From Endomicrobiales bacterium (lineage in GTDB: Bacteria > Elusimicrobiota > Endomicrobiia > Endomicrobiales > JAFGIL01), in NCBI GenBank assembly GCA_016929635.1, contig JAFGIL010000050.1:22067-86066 (forward strand): DNA of 64,000 bases, in the 5' to 3' direction. Both the position numbers and the translations under genes were made by a program. This document shows, piece by piece, positions 38,690 to 46,968 of this stretch. Below the pieces are notes generated by a model. That model was not told where the DNA came from, did no database searches, and saw nothing but the letters and a program-made list of their open reading frames with translations. Position 1 is the stretch's first letter; each line of letters begins with the position of its first letter.

Positions 38690-38983
38690 ATGGTTAAAGA
38701 TCATAAAATGGGCTGGAAAGACCTTCCCGAAGGCGACCGTTTGGAAGCAGGTACTGCGGCAAACTTCAAAACAGGGGATTGGCGCAGTGAAAAACCGGTC
38801 TGGAACAAGGACAAATGCATCCAATGCATGATTTGCTGGATTGATTGTCCTGACAGTGCGATTATAATAAAAGACGGGAAAGTCGCAGGCATAGATTACG
38901 ACCACTGCAAAGGATGCGGTATTTGCGCAAAAGAATGCCCTCCAAAAGTCCGGGCAATTACGATGGAGAAGGAAAAAAAATAA
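38690..38983 (+). CDS. porD: 2-oxoacid:ferredoxin oxidoreductase, delta subunit (2x[4Fe-4S] ferredoxin)
   Basis: Start moved to the ATG at 38690, after GGAGG. Cluster motifs CIQCMICWIDCP and CKGCGICAKECP. Confidence 0.85.
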   Translation: MVKDHKMGWKDLPEGDRLEAGTAANFKTGDWRSEKPVWNKDKCIQCMICWIDCPDSAIIIKDGKVAGIDYDHCKGCGICAKECPPKVRAITMEKEKK

Positions 38984-38987
38984 ATTT

Positions 38988-39065
38988 TAGCGGATAGCGT
39001 TTAGCGTATAGCGGATAGAAAAGCAAAATATCCCCTATACGCTATCCGCTCTACGCTCTACGCTA
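38988..39065. repeat. inverted arrays of 7-nt sub-repeats (porD-porA spacer)
   Basis: TAGCGGA TAGCGTT TAGCGTA TAGCGGA faces TATACGC TATCCGC TCTACGC TCTACGC. Confidence 0.7.
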
Positions 39066-39076
39066 GGGAGAAAGAA

Positions 39077-40276
39077 ATGGTACAAACCACTACTAAAAAC
39101 GGAATAATAGTTGCAAAAACAGGAAATGAGATTATGGCAGAAGCCATGCGCCAGATAGCGCCCGATGTTGTTGCAGCATACCCTATTACGCCTGCAACCG
39201 AGATTGTACAGATATTCTCGCAGTTTGTTGCGGACGGCCTGGTCCCGACGGAGTTCGTGGCTGTTGAAAGCGAGCATTCCGCAATGTCTGCGTGCATTGG
39301 TTCATCAGCTGCAGGTGCGCGCACGATGACAGGGACATCATCACAGGGGCTGGCACTTATGCACGAGATGCTTTATATAGCAGCAGGGCTAAGGCTCCCG
39401 ATAGTTGTTGCTCTGGTGAACAGGGCGCTTTCAAGCCCGATTAACATCCACGGAGACCATTCGGATACGATGGGTTCGCGCGATGCCGGCTGGATTCAGA
39501 TTTATTCGGAGAATTCGCAGGAAGCGTATGATAACCTGATTCAGGCTATCAGGATAGCAGAAAAAGCAAAAATCCCCGCAATGGTCACAACGGACGGTTT
39601 CATAATTAGCCACTGCATGGAAGTGGTTGAGAAGATTCCCGATGAAGACGTTAAGAAATTCATAGGTGAATACAAGCCAGAAAGGCCTCTTCTTGATTAT
39701 AAAAAACCTTTTTCTGTAGGCGCCATTGACCTGCAGGATTACTACTTTGAGCACCGTTATCAGCTTATAGACGCAATGGAGAAAGCAAAACCCATAGTGC
39801 TTGAGGTTGCCGAGGATTTCAAAAAGGAGTTTAACCGGGAATACGGCTTTTATGAAAAGTATAAAATGGACGATGCTGACATAGCTATAGTTGTTATTGG
39901 CTCTGCTGCAGGTACCGCTAAAGTTGCGGTTGATGATATCAGGAAAAAGGGAGTGAAGGCAGGACTTATAAAATTGCGCGTTTTTCGCCCGTTTCCTCAC
40001 AAGGAGCTTGCGCAAGAGCTTTCCAATCTGAAAGCAGTTGCTGTTCTTGACAGGTGCGACTCGAACTCCGGCGCTCCCGCACCTCTTTACCTTGAAGTAA
40101 CGTCCGCACTTTACACTCACTGCAAGAGCGAATGCCCGAAAGTTATTAATTATGTGTACGGCTTGGGCGGAAGGGACATTGACCTTCATCACATAGCATA
40201 TGTTTACGATATGCTCGGGAAAATAAAAACCGGCACACAGATTAAAAAAGTTGTAAACTACGTCAATTTAAGATAA
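39077..40276 (+). CDS. porA: 2-oxoacid:ferredoxin oxidoreductase, alpha subunit
   Basis: GNEIMAEAMRQIAPDVVAAYPITPATEI, ESEHSAMSACIG.S.AGAR..T.TSSQGL.LM.E. Confidence 0.9.
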   Translation: MVQTTTKNGIIVAKTGNEIMAEAMRQIAPDVVAAYPITPATEIVQIFSQFVADGLVPTEFVAVESEHSAMSACIGSSAAGARTMTGTSSQGLALMHEMLYIAAGLRLPIVVALVNRALSSPINIHGDHSDTMGSRDAGWIQIYSENSQEAYDNLIQAIRIAEKAKIPAMVTTDGFIISHCMEVVEKIPDEDVKKFIGEYKPERPLLDYKKPFSVGAIDLQDYYFEHRYQLIDAMEKAKPIVLEVAEDFKKEFNREYGFYEKYKMDDADIAIVVIGSAAGTAKVAVDDIRKKGVKAGLIKLRVFRPFPHKELAQELSNLKAVAVLDRCDSNSGAPAPLYLEVTSALYTHCKSECPKVINYVYGLGGRDIDLHHIAYVYDMLGKIKTGTQIKKVVNYVNLR

Positions 40277-40277
40277 T

Positions 40278-40357
40278 AGCTATCAGATTTCAGCTGTCAG
40301 CGATCAGCCGAAAAATTTTTTGTTTTACTGAAAGCTGAAGACTGAGAGCTGAAAGCT
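40278..40357. repeat. inverted arrays of 7-nt sub-repeats (porA-porB spacer)
   Basis: AGCTATC AGATTTC AGCTGTC AGCGATC faces GAAAGCT GAAGACT GAGAGCT GAAAGCT. Confidence 0.7.
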
Positions 40358-40373
40358 TTTAAGGGAGAGATAA

Positions 40374-41294
40374 ATGGCAAATTTAAAACAGTTATCGCAA
40401 AAAGAAGAACTTTTTACAGGAGGCCACCGCCTCTGCGCAGGGTGCGGGGCAGGTATTGTTGCAAGGCAGACATTGCTTGCCACAGACACACCTGTTGTCG
40501 TGGCAAATGCTACGGGATGCCTGGAAGTTGCATCCACAATATTTCCTTATACTGCATGGAAGGTTCCATGGATACATTCAGCGTTTGAGAACGCAGGGGC
40601 AACATGCAGCGGAGTTGAAGCAGCTTATAAAAGCCTGAAACGCCAGGGCAAGATTAAGGATGAGATAAGGTTCATTGCTTTTGGCGGAGACGGCGGTACA
40701 TACGATATTGGCCTTCAGTCCCTTTCAGGTGCAATGGAACGGCGTCACAGGATGCTTTATATCTGTTATAATAACGAAGCATATATGAACACAGGAATTC
40801 AAAGAAGCGGAGCTACCCCTCGCGGAGCCCATACCACAACCGCTCCTGCGGGAAAAGTCAAGCAGGGAAAAGAGCAGTTCAGGAAGGATTTGACTGCTAT
40901 CATGGTAGCACACAATCTGCCTTTTGCAGCGCAGGCTTCAATCGGATACTGGAACGATTACATCACGAAGGTCCAGAAAGCCCTTAATACTGACGGACCG
41001 ACATTTATTAATGTAATCCAGCCCTGCCGTCTTGGATGGGGCTATAAACCGGAGGATACAATTCAAGTGGGAAAGCTTGCTGTTGAAACGTGCATCTGGC
41101 CCGTTTATGAAGTTGTTAACGGAAAATACAAGATAAATATGAAGCCTAAAGAGAAAAAGCCTGTTACAGAGTTTTTCAAGCTTCAGGCGCGCTTTAAACA
41201 CCTTTTGAAACCGGAAAATAAGGAAATAGTTGACTCTATCCAGGCAGAAGTTGACCGCAAGTGGGAAAATCTGCTAAAATTGGAAACTCTTTGA
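40374..41294 (+). CDS. porB: 2-oxoacid:ferredoxin oxidoreductase, beta subunit (TPP-binding)
   Basis: GHRLCAGCG, GGDGGTYDIG and YICYNNEAYMNTGIQRS are beta-subunit TPP/Fe-S motifs. Confidence 0.9.
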   Translation: MANLKQLSQKEELFTGGHRLCAGCGAGIVARQTLLATDTPVVVANATGCLEVASTIFPYTAWKVPWIHSAFENAGATCSGVEAAYKSLKRQGKIKDEIRFIAFGGDGGTYDIGLQSLSGAMERRHRMLYICYNNEAYMNTGIQRSGATPRGAHTTTAPAGKVKQGKEQFRKDLTAIMVAHNLPFAAQASIGYWNDYITKVQKALNTDGPTFINVIQPCRLGWGYKPEDTIQVGKLAVETCIWPVYEVVNGKYKINMKPKEKKPVTEFFKLQARFKHLLKPENKEIVDSIQAEVDRKWENLLKLETL

Positions 41295-41300
41295 ACTAGT

Positions 41301-41399
41301 TGTAAGTCATAAGCTGTAAGTTATAAGTTTTAAACGATAAGGATTAAGTAAAAAGCGGGTTTGTTTTTTGTCTTATCACTTAAAACTTACCGCTTATCA
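41301..41399. repeat. inverted arrays of 7-nt sub-repeats downstream of porB
   Basis: TGTAAG TCATAAG CTGTAAG TTATAAG (TTTTAAA CGATAAG GATTAAG TAAAAAG) faces CTTATCA CTTAAAA CTTACCG CTTATCA. Confidence 0.7.
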
Positions 41400-41408
41400 C
41401 TGTTGTTA

Positions 41409-41515
41409 TGATTCTGGCGTAGCTCAATGGGCCGCTGTGCGACGAATAAGGAGCACGAGGTTGGCGGCTGGGCCGAGATGTGAGGCCCCAGAAGGAGCTT
41501 GCTCCAACATTGAGC
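41409..41515 (+). ncRNA. candidate structured RNA / tRNA-derived element: 19-nt copy of the tRNA-Asn 5' end followed by a GC-rich four-way-junction fold
   Basis: TGATTCTGGCGTAGCTCAA (41409-27) is identical to 41575-93. The closing helix GCTCAATG (41422-29) / CATTGAGC (41508-15) encloses three hairpins: GCCGC..GCGGC, GGGCC..GGCCC and GGAG-CTTG-CTCC. Confidence 0.4.
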
Positions 41516-41578
41516 CAAAAGCAGAATATAGAAAAATAGGGAAAGTTTAAATATAGTTTAATAGTATCACCGTTTGAT

Positions 41579-41650
41579 TCTGGCGTAGCTCAACGGTGGA
41601 GCATTCGGCTGTTAACCGAAGGGTTGCTGGTTCGAATCCAGCCGCCAGAG
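41579..41650 (+). tRNA. tRNA-Asn (anticodon GTT), CCA not encoded
   Basis: Acceptor TCTGGCG/CGCCAGA, D stem GCTC/GAGC, anticodon stem TTCGG/CCGAA with loop CTGTTAA, T arm GCTGG-TTCGAAT-CCAGC, discriminator G. Confidence 0.88.
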
Positions 41651-41809
41651 TTGATTTTTTTATCGTCGACAGTGAACTTAACCCTCATTGGACGATCGAA
41701 CTTAAACCATTTGCTGATTAATGTCAGCAGGTGGTTTTTTTGTTTGTAATGAAGATATAAAAAGAGTATAATGCTACTATAAAAAGTTATTGCAATATAA
41801 GGTGAATTT

Positions 41810-42568
41810 ATGACACAATGGTATGAAGAGCTATATAAAAATTATGCAACTCAATACGATAAAGAGTCTTTTACAAAGGGAACTATAACAGAAGTTGATT
41901 TTATAGAAAGTGAAATCAATAGTAATAGAAATATCAAAATCCTTGATATTGGATGCGGTACAGGACGGCACTCCATAGAACTTGCCAAACGAGGATATAC
42001 AGTAACAGGGATAGATTTGTCTGAATCACAATTAAACGCGGCAAGAAAGAAAGCTTTGAATGAGAGACTAAACATCAATTTTGTTCAGGCGGATGCGAGG
42101 AAATCAATTTTCAATAACGAGTTTGATTTGGCTATTATGCTTTGCGAAGGCGGGTTTTCATTAATGGAGACAGATAAGATGAATTATCAAATACTTGAAA
42201 ACGCAAGCAAAGCGCTGGAATTAAAAGGAAAGTTTATCTTTACGTGTTTAAACGCGTTGTACCCATTATTCCATGATTTAAAAGAGTTTTTAAATACTAA
42301 TGAACAAGCGGGAACATCAACACAGGAATGTAATTTTGATATAATGACATTCAGAGAAAACTCTACTTATGAAGTGGTAGATGATGACGGCAATAAAAAA
42401 CTGCTTAATTGTAATGAACGATTCTACACCCCCACTGAAATTAGATGGTATCTTGAAACACTTGGATTTAATAAAATTGATATATATGGCTGCGATATAG
42501 GTGTGTTTGACAGAAACAGAAAACTGACCACTAATGATTTTGAAATGCTGGTCGTTGCAGAAAAATAA
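41810..42568 (+). CDS. class I SAM-dependent methyltransferase
   Basis: Motif I ILDIGCGTGRHSIELAKRGYTVTGIDLS. Motif II/III region NFVQADARK..FDLAIML. Confidence 0.8.
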   Translation: MTQWYEELYKNYATQYDKESFTKGTITEVDFIESEINSNRNIKILDIGCGTGRHSIELAKRGYTVTGIDLSESQLNAARKKALNERLNINFVQADARKSIFNNEFDLAIMLCEGGFSLMETDKMNYQILENASKALELKGKFIFTCLNALYPLFHDLKEFLNTNEQAGTSTQECNFDIMTFRENSTYEVVDDDGNKKLLNCNERFYTPTEIRWYLETLGFNKIDIYGCDIGVFDRNRKLTTNDFEMLVVAEK

Positions 42569-42586
42569 TATGGAACTATAAAACTT

Positions 42587-44284
42587 ATGCATTATCTTGA
42601 CGAAACTCATATACTTTTGTTTTTAGTTCAGCTTTCGATTATACTCATTTTAACAAGAGGGCTTGGAGAGCTTTTTCGTAAATGGAACCAGCCGACTCTT
42701 ACAGCTGAACTTTTAGTAGGTATTATGCTTGGCCCGACAATTCTCGGGCGGTTTTTCCCACAGGTAATGAACTCAATATTTCCCGCAGACCCTATTCAGC
42801 AGAACATGCTTGAAACGGTTGCATGGATAGGCGTGCTCTTTCTTCTTCTTGATACAGGACTTGAGATAGATTTTTCTGTAGCATGGCGGCAGCGCGGGAA
42901 TGCTTTAGTGATATCATTGTCGGATATAGCAATACCGATAATAATAGCATTTATCCCCGCATACTTTTTGCCGGATTCATATCTGGCAGACCCGGATCGC
43001 AGGATAATCTTTTCGCTGTTTCTGGCGGTAGTGATGACTATTAGCGCTCTTCCTGTATCTTCTCGTGTTCTGCATGACCTTAAACTTTTAAAAACGGATA
43101 TCGGTTTTCTAATAATGTCGGCACTTACCGTAAACGATATAATAGGGTGGGTACTGTTTACCATTATTATAGGGATTTTTACACAGTCCGGAATAGATAT
43201 TCCGCATATTTTTGTGATGATGGCTGTAACCATAGGTTTTGCGGTAGTAGCGCTTGCTTTTGGCAGGAAAATGTCAACAAATGTTCTTAGATTTTTTAAT
43301 AAAGTAAAACTTCCTGAACCAGGAACCTCTTTTACATTTGCTTGTATTCTGGCGCTTGTTTTTGGAGCCATAACTCAGGGTATAGGAATACATGCGTTAT
43401 TTGGTTTTCTCATAGCAGGTATAGTTATTGGAGAAGCAAAGAATTTAAGAGCAGAAGCCAGGGCAACTATCTCGCAGATGGTACACGCACTTTTCGTTCC
43501 TGTATTTTTTGCTAATATAGGATTAAAGCTGGATTTTATAGCAGATTTTGACATTTTATTAATTTCTTTGATTACCGTTATAGGAATATTCGGAAGGTAT
43601 ATTGGCGCGTGGATTGGGACTTCCTTAACAAAGGTTGAAAGAATAAACAGAAATATTATAGCAATTGCACATACCCCGGGCGGAATGATGGAAATAGTCG
43701 TTGCCCTTCTTGCGCTTGAAATGGGACTCATACTACCGAAAGTTTTTGTTGCTATTGCATTCAGCGCAGTGTTTTCATCGGTTATACTTGGCCCATGGAT
43801 AAGGTTTGCCATGAACCGCAGAAAAAAGATACCCTTTATGGAATACATTTCTAATGCTTATACAACGGCGCTGCGTTCCAGCACGGTTTCAGGAGCGATA
43901 AAAGAGCTTGTAAGCGCAGTAGCTCGCACAGATATGCAGGATGCTGTTATGTGTATGGAAAATGAAGCGCTTAAGCGGGAAGATGAATACTCTACCGGAG
44001 TCGGCAGAGGGGTAGCTATACCTCATGTACGGTGCCCCCATGTTAAAGAACCTGTTATAGTGTTTGGGTATTCAAAAACTGGGATAGAGTGGAATTCTAT
44101 CGACGGTAAGCCTGTTCATTTTGTGTTTCTTCTTATTTCTCCTGAAAAAGCTGCTGGAATTCATTTGGAAATATTGTCTAAAATAGTAACTGTTATGCAG
44201 GATGTTAATAACCAGAAACGCCTGGCTAAAGCTGCTTTGGAACAGTATCTTGAGAAAGAACTGAAAAATATATTTTGGAGTTAG
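42587..44284 (+). CDS. cation:proton antiporter (CPA2/Kef-type) fused to a C-terminal PTS EIIA(Ntr/Fru)-type regulatory domain
   Basis: About 12 TM helices with LLVGIMLGP and LLLDTGLEID. The C-terminal domain has GVGRGVAIPH, the EIIA-2 active-site His context, and VHFVFLLISP. Confidence 0.75.
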   Translation: MHYLDETHILLFLVQLSIILILTRGLGELFRKWNQPTLTAELLVGIMLGPTILGRFFPQVMNSIFPADPIQQNMLETVAWIGVLFLLLDTGLEIDFSVAWRQRGNALVISLSDIAIPIIIAFIPAYFLPDSYLADPDRRIIFSLFLAVVMTISALPVSSRVLHDLKLLKTDIGFLIMSALTVNDIIGWVLFTIIIGIFTQSGIDIPHIFVMMAVTIGFAVVALAFGRKMSTNVLRFFNKVKLPEPGTSFTFACILALVFGAITQGIGIHALFGFLIAGIVIGEAKNLRAEARATISQMVHALFVPVFFANIGLKLDFIADFDILLISLITVIGIFGRYIGAWIGTSLTKVERINRNIIAIAHTPGGMMEIVVALLALEMGLILPKVFVAIAFSAVFSSVILGPWIRFAMNRRKKIPFMEYISNAYTTALRSSTVSGAIKELVSAVARTDMQDAVMCMENEALKREDEYSTGVGRGVAIPHVRCPHVKEPVIVFGYSKTGIEWNSIDGKPVHFVFLLISPEKAAGIHLEILSKIVTVMQDVNNQKRLAKAALEQYLEKELKNIFWS

Positions 44285-44364
44285 CATTAGATGTAGTTTT
44301 ATTGATTTCTTCTGGCGTTTGTAAATAAATTTATAATATGTATAATAGATGAAGGTATATAAAT

Positions 44365-44730
44365 ATGAAAGATAAAACAAAAGGTCAGATAGAAGCGTTT
44401 ATTTGCGAAGCAATAATAAAGTTTGAAAAAGAATACATGGGCAGAGGGCCCACGGAGACAAAGGCCTATGTTATAAAAGACATGATTTTTGTTAGGCTTA
44501 AAGGTGTTCTTACTCCAGCGGAAGAACAGTTGTCAAAGTCCGCTGAAGGAGCGGATTTAATCAAAAAAACAAGGGTCAGGCTGCTGGAAGGCGCAAGGAT
44601 TCTTTTAGAGAATATAGTTGCTGATATAACTGAATGCCAGGTAAAAAGCCTTCATACTGATATAAGCACAAAAACCGGTGAAAGAGTGATTATATTTACA
44701 CTTGATCAAAACCTTGAAGAGAAAATTTGA
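44365..44730 (+). CDS. DUF2294 (MpsC-like) family protein
   Basis: QIEAFICEAIIKFEKEYMGRGPTETKAYVIKDMIFVRLKGVLTPAEEQL. Paralogue of 47875-48234. Confidence 0.65.
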   Translation: MKDKTKGQIEAFICEAIIKFEKEYMGRGPTETKAYVIKDMIFVRLKGVLTPAEEQLSKSAEGADLIKKTRVRLLEGARILLENIVADITECQVKSLHTDISTKTGERVIIFTLDQNLEEKI

Positions 44731-44755
44731 CAAAAGAATCGGTTTAATGTATACT
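44727..44755 (+). promoter_or_regulatory. near-consensus sigma70 promoter: TTGACA, 17-nt spacer, TATACT
   Basis: TTGACA at 44727-32 overlaps the stop codon of the DUF2294 gene. TATACT is at 44750-55. The predicted start site lies about 10 nt before leader unit A. Confidence 0.6.
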
Positions 44756-44771
44756 AGACAAAACTAAATAC

Positions 44772-44877
44772 GGAAGACAAAGCAAAGCCTCTTAAATACT
44801 GCAGAGGAGTTGCTAAGTAAGCCAATATCAATATTTCACAGTTCTTTTTTAAGGGCAGGAATTAGATATTGGTTTTT
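44772..44877 (+). promoter_or_regulatory. structured leader unit A (5' hairpin + long helix + U-run)
   Basis: GGAAGACAAAGC..., hairpin AGCAA-AG-CCTCT/AGAGG-AG-TTGCT, conserved AAGTAAGCC, helix CCAATATC (44822-29)/GATATTGG (44865-72), then TTTTT. Confidence 0.5.
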
Positions 44878-44885
44878 AATTTTTT

Positions 44886-44993
44886 GGAAGACTAAGCGAG
44901 TATCCGAAAATCAGGGTAGTCACAAAGTAAGCCAACATTAAAAAATTCAAGTTCTCTGCTTAATGGAGAGCAGAATTTAATGTTGGTTTTTTT
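44886..44993 (+). promoter_or_regulatory. structured leader unit B (tandem copy of unit A)
   Basis: GGAAGACTAAGC..., conserved AAGTAAGCC, helix CCAACATTAAA (44932-42)/TTTAATGTTGG (44976-86), then TTTTTTT. It lies 44 nt upstream of pckG. Confidence 0.5.
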
Positions 44994-45037
44994 ATTTTTA
45001 ACAAAATAAAAATAAAAACTAAAAGGAGGATGTAATC

Positions 45038-46906
45038 ATGGAATGTAAGAGCGTAGATTTGTTGAAAGAAAAATGTAGTCCGGAGAGTTATGAAAAGTTA
45101 ATGAAGCTTAATAACGTTAAGTTGCATGACTTTGTAACAAAATATGTGGAGTTGTGCAATCCTGATTCTGTATATGTGTGTAATGATTCAGATGAGGATA
45201 AACAGTATATCAGAAACAAGGCAATCGAAAATAAAGAAGAATGGAAGCTTGCAATTGATGGCCATACAATACATTTTGACGGGCCTAAAGATCAGGCAAG
45301 AGACAAGGCAAATACAAAGTATCTTATTCCAGCGGGGTCAAATCTGGGAAGTTTAAATTCAATTGACAAAACTGAAGGGGCAAATGAAGTTCATGGATAT
45401 TTAAAAAATATTATGGCCGGCAAAGAGATGTATGTTCTATTCTTTTGTCTTGGACCCACAAACTCAGAGTTCTCACTGCCATGCGTGCAGATAACTGATT
45501 CCAGCTATGTCGGGCATTCAGAATATATTTTATATCGCAGCGGATATGAACAATTTAATAATATAGGTGATTCTCCGGATTTTTTCAGGTATGTTCACAG
45601 CGCAGGGGAGCTGGAAAATGGTGTAAGTAAGAATGTAGATAAAAGAAGGGTATATGTAGATCTTGGAGATAATATTGTATACAGTACAAATACACAATAC
45701 GCCGGAAATACGGTTGGGCTTAAAAAGCTTTCCCTAAGGCTTGCAATCAATAAAGCAGCAAAGGAAGGATGGCTCGCGGAACATATGCTTCTTATGGGCA
45801 TACACGGCAAGAATAAACGCAAAACATATTTTGCAGGCGCGTTTCCAAGCGCGTGCGGCAAAACATCTACTGCTATGCTAAAAGGCGAAACAATTGTAGG
45901 AGATGATATAGCATATTTAAGAAAGAAAGACGGAGTTATCTATGGAGCAAACGTAGAATGCGGAATATTTGGAATTATCCAGGACGTTAATACGCAAAAT
46001 GATCCGGTTATTTGGGATACGCTTACCAATCCGGGAGAGGCGATATTTTCAAATGTGTTATTAACAGAAGATAACATCCCTCGCTGGCTTGGAGATGGAA
46101 GAGAAGTCCCTAACAAAGGCATTAACTATAACGGTGAATGGATTAAAGGTAACGAGGTTTCATATGCTCACAAGAACGCGCGCTATACCGTAAGTCTTTA
46201 TAACTTAAAAAACACTGACCCTAAACTTGATGATCCAAATGGTGTTGAGGTTAAAGGCATAATATATGGAGGCAGAGATTCCAGTATCTGGCCGCCTGTT
46301 CAGCAGGCATATAACTGGGCTCACGGAGTTGTTACCATGGGCGCATCTTTAGAATCAGAAACCACTGCTGCTACATTAGGAAAGGAAGGGGTAAGGGTGT
46401 TTAATCCTATGTCAAATCTAGATTTTGTGGCTATTCCGATCGGACAGTATGTTAACAGCCATATTAAGTTTGCGCAGGAAGTGTCTTCCCCTCCTTTAAT
46501 ATTTGCTGTAAATTATTTTCAGAAGGAAAACAACAAATACTTAACAGGCATGGAAGATAAACGTGTATGGGTTAAGTGGATGGAGCAGCGCGTAAATAAT
46601 GATGTGGGTGCAATTGAAACTCCTACAGGTTATGTTCCATATTTAAAGGATCTTGAGGTTTTATTTAAAGAAGTTTTAAATAAAGACTATACAATGCAGG
46701 ATTATCTTAAGCAATTTACTGTTAAAGTTCCTGAAAACCTAGAGAAAATTGAAAGGATTACAGAAATATATAAAACAAAAGTAAAAGACACTCCTGAAGA
46801 ATTGTTTAAAATTCTAAAAGAGCAGAAAGAAAGGTTGGAAGCAGCAAGAGAAAAACATGGAGAATATATTTCTCCTGTAATCTTTGCAGGCAACAAACAG
46901 GCTTAA
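45038..46906 (+). CDS. pckG: phosphoenolpyruvate carboxykinase (GTP)
   Basis: AAGGAGG RBS, 622 aa. Kinase-1a loop AFPSACGKTS. GDDIAYL, YGGRDS and NYF.K motifs match GTP-PEPCK. Confidence 0.9.
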   Translation: MECKSVDLLKEKCSPESYEKLMKLNNVKLHDFVTKYVELCNPDSVYVCNDSDEDKQYIRNKAIENKEEWKLAIDGHTIHFDGPKDQARDKANTKYLIPAGSNLGSLNSIDKTEGANEVHGYLKNIMAGKEMYVLFFCLGPTNSEFSLPCVQITDSSYVGHSEYILYRSGYEQFNNIGDSPDFFRYVHSAGELENGVSKNVDKRRVYVDLGDNIVYSTNTQYAGNTVGLKKLSLRLAINKAAKEGWLAEHMLLMGIHGKNKRKTYFAGAFPSACGKTSTAMLKGETIVGDDIAYLRKKDGVIYGANVECGIFGIIQDVNTQNDPVIWDTLTNPGEAIFSNVLLTEDNIPRWLGDGREVPNKGINYNGEWIKGNEVSYAHKNARYTVSLYNLKNTDPKLDDPNGVEVKGIIYGGRDSSIWPPVQQAYNWAHGVVTMGASLESETTAATLGKEGVRVFNPMSNLDFVAIPIGQYVNSHIKFAQEVSSPPLIFAVNYFQKENNKYLTGMEDKRVWVKWMEQRVNNDVGAIETPTGYVPYLKDLEVLFKEVLNKDYTMQDYLKQFTVKVPENLEKIERITEIYKTKVKDTPEELFKILKEQKERLEAAREKHGEYISPVIFAGNKQA

Positions 46907-46968
46907 TAAATACTCGCGTTGAGCAGGTTTTTAAAGTGAAATTCTTTTAAAACAGGAGGAATAATTTA

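Noticed and set aside
39431-40192. 253-aa minus-strand ORF
   Set aside because: It is antisense to porA, whose translation carries unambiguous family motifs. It is a shadow ORF.
38988-41399. Short tandem repeats considered as a possible CRISPR array
   Set aside because: The units are 7 nt with no spacers of CRISPR size. The arrays are only about 28 nt long and occur as inverted pairs. No cas genes are present in the window.
41368-41550. 60-aa plus-strand ORF
   Set aside because: It spans the heptad array and the GC-rich structured element, and has no RBS. It is better explained as non-coding.
42796-43848. Two minus-strand ORFs of 191 and 157 aa
   Set aside because: Both are antisense to the CPA2 antiporter gene and have no recognisable motifs.
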